Part shown: positions 1-8,615 of the stretch, in pieces
Numbering within the stretch: the first letter of the stretch is position 1
Layout: each line of letters starts with the position of its first letter
Origin: an uncultured bacterium
GTDB taxonomy: Bacteria; Fidelibacterota; Marinisomatia; Marinisomatales; Marinisomataceae
DNA: 64,000 nt
Reading direction: 5' to 3'
Assembly (NCBI GenBank): GCA_905182795.1
Contig: CAJJCZ010000004.1
Coordinates: forward strand, 4,506-68,505
Made by a program: the position numbers and the translations under genes
The notes under the pieces: generated by a model
What the model was told of the DNA's origin: nothing
The model's database searches: none
Seen by the model: only the letters and a program-made list of their open reading frames with translations

Positions 1-1329
1 GCGCTTAAAACAGTCTATTCCAAAATCAATATCTTCAGTTGTAACATTTAAATGCGGTCTAAAACGTATTGAATAATTTCCAGAACCCAATAAAATTGAA
101 CCTTCATCCATAAGAAGCTCTGATAACTTGTCTCTTTGATCGCTTGAAGGCAAATCAAAGGCGCAATACAGCCCCTTTCCTCTTGTATTTGATACAAGGC
201 CAGGATATTTATTTTGAAGCCCTTCAATGCTGTTTAAAAGGTATTGTCCGTTTTTAGCTGCTTGATCTACTAAATTATCTCTTTCAATCAGTTCTAAATA
301 AATAGTTAATCTCACCATATCAACTAAACTTCCACCCCATGTAGAATTAATACGACTTGATTCTTGAAACACATTACCTTCTACTTCATCTACACGAGTG
401 CTGGCAGCAATACCGCAGACCTGTGTTTTCTTACCGAATGAAATAATATCAGGCTTAGCTGACAATCCATCTCCGCAATTACAATCAGACTCACAGTTTC
501 CTGATGAGAAATGTTGATGTGCCCACATCTTTCCCGTAATTCCAATACCGGTTTGTACTTCATCGTAGATAAGCATAATATCATTTTCATTGGCAATCTC
601 TCTCAATGCTTGCATAAACTCGCATCTGAAATGATTGTCTCCACCTTCACCCTGTATAGGCTCTAAAATAATAGAAGAAATATTATCTGGATTTGCAGCA
701 ATTGCTTCTTTGATTTCATGCAATGATTGCTTCTCCAATGCTTGAACATGCTCTAAATTATCTTTTAAAGGGAATGTAATTTTAGGATTACTGACTCTAG
801 GCCAGTCAAATTTTGGAAAGTACATTGTTTTTCTTTTATCTGGAGAATCAGTTAGAGACATGGTATATCCTGTTCGTCCATGAAAACATTGTTTAAAATG
901 AAGAACCTTCTCTCCTTTAGCACTACTTCCTTTAGCTAAATTTTTTCTACGCTTCCAATCAAATGCAACTTTTAAAGCATTTTCAACTGCTAGACCACCA
1001 CCTTCTATAAAAAAAGTATGTGGCAAATAATCTGGTTGAGCTACGCGCTTGAAGGTTTGCATAAATTCTGCCATCTGTTCAGAATAAACATCTGAATTTG
1101 TTGGTTTATTAATTGCAGCAAGACGTAATCGTTCGGATTGCTCTAAAACATAAGGATGATTATATCCAACAGATAAGGATGCAAACATAGAAAATAAATC
1201 TAAATACTCTTTACCACTAACCTTATCAACTAACCAAGATCCATGAGATTTTTCTAAATCGATGATTGGAGACATTCCATCTGCAAGAATACTTTGGGAA
1301 ATTACTTTCCTAATATCCGCTTTATTCAT
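1..1329 (-). CDS. lat: L-lysine 6-transaminase-like class-III PLP aminotransferase (C-terminus lies beyond the window edge)
   Basis: Absent from the ORF track because no stop codon lies in the window. My translation of the minus strand from ATG (1329-1327) is open for 443 codons to position 1: MNKADIRKVISQSILADGMSPIIDLEKSHGSWLVDKVSGKEYLDLFSMFASLSVGYNHP...FHGRTGYTMSLT...ILEPIQGEGGDNHF...IYDEVQTGIGITGKMWAH...FGKKTQVCG...NSTWGG. From memory this pattern matches lysine epsilon-aminotransferase. Confidence 0.7.
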   Translation of the reverse strand, partial: MNKADIRKVISQSILADGMSPIIDLEKSHGSWLVDKVSGKEYLDLFSMFASLSVGYNHPYVLEQSERLRLAAINKPTNSDVYSEQMAEFMQTFKRVAQPDYLPHTFFIEGGGLAVENALKVAFDWKRRKNLAKGSSAKGEKVLHFKQCFHGRTGYTMSLTDSPDKRKTMYFPKFDWPRVSNPKITFPLKDNLEHVQALEKQSLHEIKEAIAANPDNISSIILEPIQGEGGDNHFRCEFMQALREIANENDIMLIYDEVQTGIGITGKMWAHQHFSSGNCESDCNCGDGLSAKPDIISFGKKTQVCGIAASTRVDEVEGNVFQESSRINSTWGGSLVDMVRLTIYLELIERDNLVDQAAKNGQYLLNSIEGLQNKYPGLVSNTRGKGLYCAFDLPSSDQRDKLSELLMDEGSILLGSGNYSIRFRPHLNVTTEDIDFGIDCFKR

Positions 1330-1332
1330 TTA

Positions 1333-2106
1333 TTAACCTTCCTTTTTTTCAGGATTTTGGAATGACCAAAAACCTAGTACAACCACAACAAATAACATCA
1401 TCCAAAACGTTCCGTAGTTATAGTCAGAGGAAGAAAATAGAATTAGATCGTTAAAACGACCAATTAATAGTGAAATACGTCCCATAACTGCAAAACCAAA
1501 CGATGCTCCAAAACTGATCATTAAGAAATAAATTCCTAATCGAGTAAATTTTCCATAAGAACCTGTTTGTTCTTTTGAGAAATAAAAATACATCAATGCA
1601 CTAATTGTACCTATTAAGATAACAATATTATTAAATACGCTATCTCCTGACATACTAAAAAATGGCAAAGAACCGCCAAATATATCTACAGCACTTGCAC
1701 TTATTTGACTCAATACATTAGAGCTCAAATAACCATATGCCTTCAACCCAGCTGCAATCCCTACTGTATAAGCAATACCCCATCTTGCCATCCAACTAAA
1801 CTGCTTAAAAATACTAAGCAACATCATTATACCTAATAATAAAGGGAAGAAATAAAGCACATTAAATTCATGATTAAAATCAACTTCAGCGATAAACGCC
1901 AAAGGGCCATCCTTTGGAAATAGCCTTCCAAATAGATTCGGATAAATTTGTGTCCAATAAAAAGTAGCTGCCCAATAAGCTGCTGAAACACCAACAAAAA
2001 CATGCTCTGCAATCTTATAGAAAGGATTGTCTCTGTATAGATAAGATAAAATACCTAATGTCAAAAATGCTGCAATCCATGCACCGAGAATTGTAGAAAA
2101 TGCCAT
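1333..2106 (-). CDS. polytopic membrane protein (about 7 TM), unknown family; last gene of the MutL-linked module
   Basis: 257 aa with about seven hydrophobic helices by eye (ILGAWIAAFLTLGILSYL ... GTFWMMLFVVVVLGFWSF). Its stop is 3 nt before the lat start and its start is 1 nt after the upstream stop. No family recognised. Confidence 0.6.
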   Translation of the reverse strand: MAFSTILGAWIAAFLTLGILSYLYRDNPFYKIAEHVFVGVSAAYWAATFYWTQIYPNLFGRLFPKDGPLAFIAEVDFNHEFNVLYFFPLLLGIMMLLSIFKQFSWMARWGIAYTVGIAAGLKAYGYLSSNVLSQISASAVDIFGGSLPFFSMSGDSVFNNIVILIGTISALMYFYFSKEQTGSYGKFTRLGIYFLMISFGASFGFAVMGRISLLIGRFNDLILFSSSDYNYGTFWMMLFVVVVLGFWSFQNPEKKEG

Positions 2107-2107
2107 A

Positions 2108-2950
2108 TTAATATTTCCTCTCTCTTCTCTCTGTTATAAAATATGCTAGATTACCTAGAACGATAAATAACACAATTACCAAATGTGCAAATGATTGTGC
2201 AGCCATTCCTTGAATTGCAATCCCTGGCGTACCAATCAATTTTTCATACTCTGCTGCTCCTGGCATTCCAGCGAGAATTCCTCTTACTTGTCCACTCTGA
2301 ACATAAGGCATCACTTCATTTACTTGAATTGATGTTGTTCCAGATGATAGTGGAACACCAGTTGGATCTCCGCCATATTGAACCCATTCAAAAGTACCTG
2401 GATATCCAGCAGAACCAGTAAAAATAAATTGAAAATCTTTTAAATTATTTACACCATCCATCATAGGTATATCTGCAAGCATTGTTCCTTTAGAATCTAC
2501 GGTATAAACCTTACGTAAATCACTAGCAAGTCCTTTGACAATTGCCTCATTTCCCGGTCTAAAACCTAATAATACATAGTCTTCATATTCTACCAACTCA
2601 AATTCTTTGTTAATCTCCTCTAATGCATCAAGGGCCATATATAGGCCATCAGGCCATAAACAAGTAATATATATCTGATGATCTTTACGTAAAAGCTGTC
2701 TCATGACTCCCAATGTCATTGGATGAATCTCAGGTTTAGTACTCGGACCATAATCAAATGACATCAATACTTTTGAATTTGCAGGAATTGCATCAATTGC
2801 ATTATAGACTCTTTCAGTAGTTGGAGTCGTTCTAATCGGTAAATCTATTGGGCGTAAAAGCGGTATAAATACTGCTAAACCAATTAATAGGAAGATAAAT
2901 CTTCTATCGACAGAACCAAATTTTAATATCATATCTTCTAAAAATTTCAT
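2108..2950 (-). CDS. membrane protein with N-terminal TM, ~200-aa soluble domain and C-terminal TM; unknown family
   Basis: 280 aa. TM segments FIFLLIGLAVFIPLL (N-terminal) and FAHLVIVLFIVLGNLAYFI (C-terminal) flank a mixed alpha/beta-looking middle. The start codon shares 1 nt (2950) with the upstream stop. Confidence 0.6.
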   Translation of the reverse strand: MKFLEDMILKFGSVDRRFIFLLIGLAVFIPLLRPIDLPIRTTPTTERVYNAIDAIPANSKVLMSFDYGPSTKPEIHPMTLGVMRQLLRKDHQIYITCLWPDGLYMALDALEEINKEFELVEYEDYVLLGFRPGNEAIVKGLASDLRKVYTVDSKGTMLADIPMMDGVNNLKDFQFIFTGSAGYPGTFEWVQYGGDPTGVPLSSGTTSIQVNEVMPYVQSGQVRGILAGMPGAAEYEKLIGTPGIAIQGMAAQSFAHLVIVLFIVLGNLAYFITERRERKY

Positions 2951-3852
2951 TATTGGTCACCTATATATGATTTTTCTAATCCAAATATATAGCGCAGACT
3001 AGTTACAATAATCCCTAAACCAATACCAATCATAATCGCTCTTGCTCCAGCTAAATTTGGAACTGTATAAATCCATTCTTGTAATGATGGCAAGAAGAAT
3101 ATTGCAGGTTGAGTTGGATTCCAATCCATATTGATACCTAACGCAGTAACACCTAATAAGCCTAAAACAAATGAACCAAAAATAAGTTTACGATCTCTAA
3201 AGTAAGTGCTCATAAAAATTGTCCCAACAAACACCAGTAGATACATTACCATCCAAGGTGTAATTAAGCTACCCACAGGCACTCTACCTAACATAATAAT
3301 AATACCAGCTAATAATAATAATGTAGCTTCAAAATTTCTTGCTCTAAATGCACGATACGAAGCTGAAGCGACATAGAATGCAAGTAATGCAAACATAGTT
3401 GCCGATAAAGGAGTAAAAATACTATCAAACATCCATTTAAATAGGCCGCCTTCCGCAGAAATATGTGCTCCCCATTCAACTGGTATCACAGATTCTGAAG
3501 ATCCAGATACTAAAACAGCTTGCTCAGCTGCCTTTTGGGTAAAGTATACATCTTCACCTACAAAGAAGGCTCCCTTCATGAAGAAACCAATTGTAAAGGC
3601 AAAAAAGAATGATGAGATAGCAACAACACTGTACTGCCATCCTTGCTGTCTTTTTACTACTTTTAAAAATTGTAATTTTAATAGATTTAATGCTCCAAGG
3701 AAAATTGCAAAACTTGCAATAATATCATACCATTGAGTTGCATCGTCATTGATGAACGACTCAACTGACTTGTTATCAATAAACCATCCAAATAAAGTTA
3801 AAGATCCAAAGAATGCAACGATTCCGATTGGGATATATCTTTTTAAAAACAT
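2950..3852 (-). CDS. polytopic membrane protein (about 8 TM), unknown family
   Basis: 300 aa with about eight hydrophobic helices by eye and a charged loop YRAFRARNFE. There is a 1-nt gap to the upstream gene. Confidence 0.6.
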   Translation of the reverse strand: MFLKRYIPIGIVAFFGSLTLFGWFIDNKSVESFINDDATQWYDIIASFAIFLGALNLLKLQFLKVVKRQQGWQYSVVAISSFFFAFTIGFFMKGAFFVGEDVYFTQKAAEQAVLVSGSSESVIPVEWGAHISAEGGLFKWMFDSIFTPLSATMFALLAFYVASASYRAFRARNFEATLLLLAGIIIMLGRVPVGSLITPWMVMYLLVFVGTIFMSTYFRDRKLIFGSFVLGLLGVTALGINMDWNPTQPAIFFLPSLQEWIYTVPNLAGARAIMIGIGLGIIVTSLRYIFGLEKSYIGDQ

Positions 3853-3853
3853 C

Positions 3854-4732
3854 TTATAAACCCAACCATGTTAGAAGATTAAAACTAGTTAATCCTAAGT
3901 CAGATAAAGCGCGTGATAATAAAGCAACTCCAATAAAACTAATCAGCATAAGTTTGACCATATCTTGTGTTTTTACACCAGCAATTAGTTCAGGCTTTCT
4001 TGAAAGATATGCACTTGCTGCAAAATACTCTTCACCCATCAATGTATAGTCACAAGCAGTTACAAAGAAAGGAATTTGCGCTTGAGATGCAGTACCTGCA
4101 ATCTGAATCGCGCCAATACTATTACCAGTTTCTGCAAAAAGTAATGACTCTGCATAAAATTTACCCATATACATACATGCAGCTGGCTTATCTCTTTGCA
4201 TTATTCCATTTACCCCTGCCGCATAAGCAAACTGATCATCTGTAATATAGTGGACCATATCTTCGTTAAACATTTCCGGACGTCCTTGTGTTAAATAAGC
4301 CTCTTTACAAGACTCTCTAGCAGCTTGCATTACAATAGACCTTGCAACAGGAACATCTAAACTTGTTTCGTATTGTGCGGTCATTTGAGCTACATGACCT
4401 AAAATAATTACACCAGCAACAGTTTCAACCTCATTCATATCCATAATACCTGGAACATAAAGAATAGGTCGACCCATTTCAGTAGAACGACCAACAGCTT
4501 CTTCAACTGCTTTTAGTCCTGGAATGGTACGTAAAAAAATTGAATCAGAAGAAATTCGAGCTTGCTTTACTTCGTTTAACATTACCATTATAATGGTAAG
4601 TAAAAGAGCAAACATTACCGCTCTATCTGATTGAAAAATATGAATAGAATCTGGAAGTTGTGTCAAAGCAAAGGTGAATAGGATTATACCTAAGAATCCT
4701 AAAGAATATGTTTGTATTTGATTGTTATTCAT
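3854..4732 (-). CDS. membrane protein with two N-terminal TM, ~190-aa soluble domain and C-terminal TM; unknown family
   Basis: 292 aa. TMs YSLGFLGIILFTFALTQL, AVMFALLLTIIMVML and C-terminal MVKLMLISFIGVALLS flank the domain GRPILYVPGIMDMNEVETVAGVIILGHVA... It overlaps the upstream gene by 8 nt. Confidence 0.6.
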   Translation of the reverse strand: MNNNQIQTYSLGFLGIILFTFALTQLPDSIHIFQSDRAVMFALLLTIIMVMLNEVKQARISSDSIFLRTIPGLKAVEEAVGRSTEMGRPILYVPGIMDMNEVETVAGVIILGHVAQMTAQYETSLDVPVARSIVMQAARESCKEAYLTQGRPEMFNEDMVHYITDDQFAYAAGVNGIMQRDKPAACMYMGKFYAESLLFAETGNSIGAIQIAGTASQAQIPFFVTACDYTLMGEEYFAASAYLSRKPELIAGVKTQDMVKLMLISFIGVALLSRALSDLGLTSFNLLTWLGL

Positions 4733-4997
4733 TTTTGCCTAATCGCTCTAATTCACAAATTAAAAATTCTACACTAGAATGCTGTTCAAATAATTCAGCA
4801 GCCTTATAATAACCATCTGCTTTGACAAATGCACTAATTATTGGCCCAAAAAATACCATCGTCTGGCTTCCAATAAAATTTAGCGGTTTTACCATCTCTA
4901 AAAAAAAGATTGAAGGGGTTATTAATTTTAGCGCTACTATCTTATTAGCAAGCTTTGATAAAAATGCCTTGTCGTCACTAGTTAATATATAACTCAC
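4725..4997 (-). CDS. small (90 aa) hydrophobic/amphipathic protein of the module
   Basis: Overlaps both neighbours (4 nt upstream, 8 nt downstream). Hydrophobic segments LITPSIFFLEMV and TMVFFGPIISAFV. No family recognised. Confidence 0.5.
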   Translation of the reverse strand: MSYILTSDDKAFLSKLANKIVALKLITPSIFFLEMVKPLNFIGSQTMVFFGPIISAFVKADGYYKAAELFEQHSSVEFLICELERLGKNE

Positions 4998-6118
4998 TGC
5001 AATTCAACCATTTCAAGGTTTGCTCTTGGTATAAGAGTATCTACTCCATCTATAGAAATTTCAGCTACTCTTACCATAGTTTCTGACTCCATCTTCTTTA
5101 ATTCTGACGGTAAAGAAGTTACAGTTCCAATTTTTCCAAAATTTGGTGAACGAATTACTCTAACCGTACTACCTTCTTGAATACCTTCTGGCTCTTTAGA
5201 TAAAGAATCTTCTGATTCAGACTCGCTGATCATAGGAATTACAATCTCAGGACGAATTACACCTGCTCTTATTTGTGTTGCACCATTGACTGACGCTTCA
5301 TTTCCATGATTACTTTTTAACAAATCAAATGTAGCATCACTCATTGGAATAGATCCATATCCTTCTGTAATAATTAATGCTGTAGGCAATTGTTCTGTCC
5401 CTGTAATTGCTACGCCTAAATCATATCCTAATACTGCTTTTAAATCATAATAATTAAATCCACCTACCACCACTGCAGCAACATTACAACTCATTGCTTT
5501 TTTATAAGCATCAAGACTTAGAAATGATCCGCCTATTAAAATTTTTCCCGCCATTTCTTTTGTGATTTGATCGGGTGTTAACTCATCGGAAGAACTATTA
5601 GATACCAATACCAACTCTCCTCTTTTTTCACCTGCAATTCCAAAAATACCTTGAATAAATGCTGCATCACACTTTAAGATAATTCCTTCTTTTTCAATTA
5701 CTTCGTCTACCGTACCGCTCACATAGGCATCTACTTCTACTGGTATAGGAACCTCTCTTACTATAACACGTCCTGTGCTTTCAGATATAGACTCAATCGT
5801 TCCATCTACAGGACAATCAACGGAAGATTTAAACATACCAAAGATTCCTGCTGTTTCAGCAATCATATCGCCTTTTTTAATGCTATCGCCTTCTTTGACT
5901 ACTAAACAATCAACTACATCCCTAGGTTCAATATTTAAGATATTATTTACTTTTAACATTTGAATATTACCAGGAAGATTAGTAGAAGCAACGACAGTAT
6001 CAGGAGATAACTTATCGCCTTTCTTTACATGGACTTTACCTTTTAGAGGTAGAATGCGCTCTTTTCTAAAGAGTGTCTTTTTTAATACTTTTAATCCGGG
6101 CGTATAGGAATGTGCCAT
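4994..6118 (-). CDS. soluble 374-aa protein with two barrel-sandwich-hybrid (lipoyl/biotinyl-like) motifs and an SH3/KOW-like C-terminus; unknown family
   Basis: Motifs VHVKKGDKLSPDTVVAST and VVKEGDSIKKGDMIAETAG...VDCPVDGTIESI resemble hybrid-barrel hairpins. The C-terminus is GSTVRVIRSPNFGKIGTVTSL...MVRVAEISIDG. The start directly abuts the stop of the ATPase gene (6118/6119). Confidence 0.55.
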   Translation of the reverse strand: MAHSYTPGLKVLKKTLFRKERILPLKGKVHVKKGDKLSPDTVVASTNLPGNIQMLKVNNILNIEPRDVVDCLVVKEGDSIKKGDMIAETAGIFGMFKSSVDCPVDGTIESISESTGRVIVREVPIPVEVDAYVSGTVDEVIEKEGIILKCDAAFIQGIFGIAGEKRGELVLVSNSSSDELTPDQITKEMAGKILIGGSFLSLDAYKKAMSCNVAAVVVGGFNYYDLKAVLGYDLGVAITGTEQLPTALIITEGYGSIPMSDATFDLLKSNHGNEASVNGATQIRAGVIRPEIVIPMISESESEDSLSKEPEGIQEGSTVRVIRSPNFGKIGTVTSLPSELKKMESETMVRVAEISIDGVDTLIPRANLEMVELQ

Positions 6119-7945
6119 TTAAAATAAATCTCCTTTAGGATATTCATCTACTGCGCTAGACCAATTCAATAAACTATCAATTCTTTTTGATGGATCAGTC
6201 GATAATGTAATTGGTCTATTACGTCCATCAAAAATTAAACCAACTACCCCTCCATATATGATAGAATCAAGCGGTTCTCCTTTTCCGGCACCAACATCTA
6301 CTCCCCTTGATGGCTCTATATGAACCTTTACTTCTTCGTAAGGAACCTCAAGCATTTCAAGTGAACCTTCAATGATTTCAATTGTTTTTGTTGATCCATC
6401 TTTAAATGACATTGTTACATCAGCCATTTTAGATTTGGGCTTTGCTTTTCCAACTGGACTAACACATGTTCCAAGTCTAATTAAACAATCATTATCAAAC
6501 ACCTCTAAGGCAGCTTGACTTGCATCATCTTTTAATTCGTCTTTATCAATATTTGCGAGCACACCTAATTGAGGCATCATAAAAATAGAATCTACCGCTA
6601 ATTGTGTAATACCCTCAGGCATGAAAGCGTCGATAAGCATTCTGGCAGATTGTTGACGACGTGGAGCATGCGATAATACACCACCCGATCCCACCAACAA
6701 ATCTAAATCCATCATATTTACTAAAGATTGACCACTAGAGGACTGCTCAAATGCGTCCGATATAGTACGTTCTGATTGAACTCCTTTAAGACTAGTAGCA
6801 AACGCTTTATGTTGAATAAAAGATAATCTCAATGCCTCTCTAGCAATTGCTTGTTCGATTACTAATTCTTCTAATGATTGCGGCACCGTAGTTGGACGTA
6901 TCATCTTATTACCGATACGATTTGTTAGTTCGCTACGATCAATATCAAAAGGAACCCATCTTAACACATTATCTAATCCTGCTTCAGCTAATACATTACA
7001 AATAGAATAACTCATTCCAAGATTAGCACTTACCGTACGATTAAATTTCTCTTCAAATACAGAAAAAATATCTGTTGTTGCACCGCCGATATCTACTCCT
7101 ACAACAGAAATACCTTCTTTCTTTGCAATCATTTCAATTAAGAAACCTACTGCTCCAGGTGTCGGCATAATAGGAGCGTCAGTCCAAGACATTAGCTTCT
7201 TATATCCAGGTGCCTGCGCCATAACATGTTCCATAAATAAGTCATGAATTTTATCACGTGAAGGCTCCAAATTTTCTCTCTCAAGTACTGGTCTAATATT
7301 ATCAACAATATCTAGATCTGAAATTTCACCGAGCGTTGATTTGATAGACTCTTGTGCCTTATTATTTCCAGCATAAATAATTGGTAGTTTATAATTTTGT
7401 CCTAAACGAGGTCGTGGATTTGCAGCTGCTAAAATTTCAGCTAATTCCATTACATGGGTTGTGGTTCCGCCGTCAGTTCCACCCGATAATAATATCATAT
7501 CAGGTCTTAACTGTCTTATGCGTGTAATTTTTTCATGTGGCAATCTACCATCGTTTGATGCTAAAACATCCATTACAATTGACCCTGCACCTAAAGCAGC
7601 TCTTTCTGCGCTTTCTCCCGACATAGACTTTACCACACCAGCTACCATCATTTGTAATCCACCGCCAGCAGAGCTTGTAGAAATATAGATATCTACTCCT
7701 GACTGCCCATTATCTGGTGTTATAATTTGATCTCCGTCTAAAATAGTTCTTCCAGACAGCTCTTCTACTTCCATCACAGCATTCAATACACCCTTAGTAA
7801 CATCTTCGAAAGGAGCTTCAACGGTTGTAGGGGCTTCACCTCTGAAAGTCAACCTATAGCGATCCTCTTTCCATTCAATTAGAATAGCTTTAGTGGTTGT
7901 ACTTCCACAATCTGTTGCCAATATAGATTTAATTTTTTTACTCAT
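6119..7945 (-). CDS. MutL/GlmL-family (glutamate mutase component L-like) ASKHA ATPase, long 608-aa form
   Basis: ASKHA phosphate/adenosine motifs ATDCGSTTTKAILIE, STSSAGGGLQMMVAG, LLSGGTDGGTTTH, VVGVDIGGATTDIFSV, LLVGSGGVLSHAP. ATGA overlap with cdsA (7942-7945). Confidence 0.75.
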   Translation of the reverse strand: MSKKIKSILATDCGSTTTKAILIEWKEDRYRLTFRGEAPTTVEAPFEDVTKGVLNAVMEVEELSGRTILDGDQIITPDNGQSGVDIYISTSSAGGGLQMMVAGVVKSMSGESAERAALGAGSIVMDVLASNDGRLPHEKITRIRQLRPDMILLSGGTDGGTTTHVMELAEILAAANPRPRLGQNYKLPIIYAGNNKAQESIKSTLGEISDLDIVDNIRPVLERENLEPSRDKIHDLFMEHVMAQAPGYKKLMSWTDAPIMPTPGAVGFLIEMIAKKEGISVVGVDIGGATTDIFSVFEEKFNRTVSANLGMSYSICNVLAEAGLDNVLRWVPFDIDRSELTNRIGNKMIRPTTVPQSLEELVIEQAIAREALRLSFIQHKAFATSLKGVQSERTISDAFEQSSSGQSLVNMMDLDLLVGSGGVLSHAPRRQQSARMLIDAFMPEGITQLAVDSIFMMPQLGVLANIDKDELKDDASQAALEVFDNDCLIRLGTCVSPVGKAKPKSKMADVTMSFKDGSTKTIEIIEGSLEMLEVPYEEVKVHIEPSRGVDVGAGKGEPLDSIIYGGVVGLIFDGRNRPITLSTDPSKRIDSLLNWSSAVDEYPKGDLF

Positions 7946-8589
7946 AAATAATACGCAATAACATAAAACAATGTTACTGGAGTTGTCAATATTAAAGAGT
8001 CTAATCGATCTAACATTCCTCCATGACCCATTAATAGACGAGAAGAATCCTTTATTTTTACTCTACGTTTTAAAGATGACTCAAAAATATCACCAAAAAA
8101 TCCAATAATATTTATAATGATAACAAATAAGCATTTATCTAAAAATGTTAGGTTGAACATAAATTTATCGAATAAGAATATAAATAATATAGTACTGAAT
8201 AATCCTCCGATTAGACCAGCATATGTCTTATTTGGACTCATTGATGGTGCAATTTTTTTACCACCAATCCACTTACCAAAAATATAAGAAAAAGAGTCAT
8301 TTACCGATACGCCTGCAAACAACATTAACGTAAAATAAGAGCCTAATAATGTATCAATATCTCTCAACACCAATAAACAAAAAAGACTTCCTAAGACGTA
8401 AAAAAAACCAAAAACTATCCAAAGTATTTTATTGTCATTTTTTGATTGGAGTAATAGAAATTCTCTGAAGGCAATTAATGCGGCTAGCACTATAAGAGAA
8501 TTAAAGATCCACCCTCCACTCAATACCGCTAGAACAACAAGAGGAAATCCTATTAAACCTATAGCTAATCTTGACTTTAAAGCGCTCAT
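7942..8589 (-). CDS. cdsA: phosphatidate cytidylyltransferase (CDP-diglyceride synthase)
   Basis: Polytopic, with C-terminal signature SLKRRVKIKDSSRLLMGHGGMLDRLDS. At 215 aa it is short for the family. Confidence 0.85.
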   Translation of the reverse strand: MSALKSRLAIGLIGFPLVVLAVLSGGWIFNSLIVLAALIAFREFLLLQSKNDNKILWIVFGFFYVLGSLFCLLVLRDIDTLLGSYFTLMLFAGVSVNDSFSYIFGKWIGGKKIAPSMSPNKTYAGLIGGLFSTILFIFLFDKFMFNLTFLDKCLFVIIINIIGFFGDIFESSLKRRVKIKDSSRLLMGHGGMLDRLDSLILTTPVTLFYVIAYYL

Positions 8590-8615
8590 TAGACCAAACT
8601 AGTCAAAGTTTATAA

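Noticed and set aside
390-596. 68-aa minus-strand ORF from the track
   Set aside because: It lies out of frame inside the uninterrupted 443-codon lysine-aminotransferase reading frame, whose conserved motifs (DEVQTG, FGKK) span the same bases. It is a shadow ORF.
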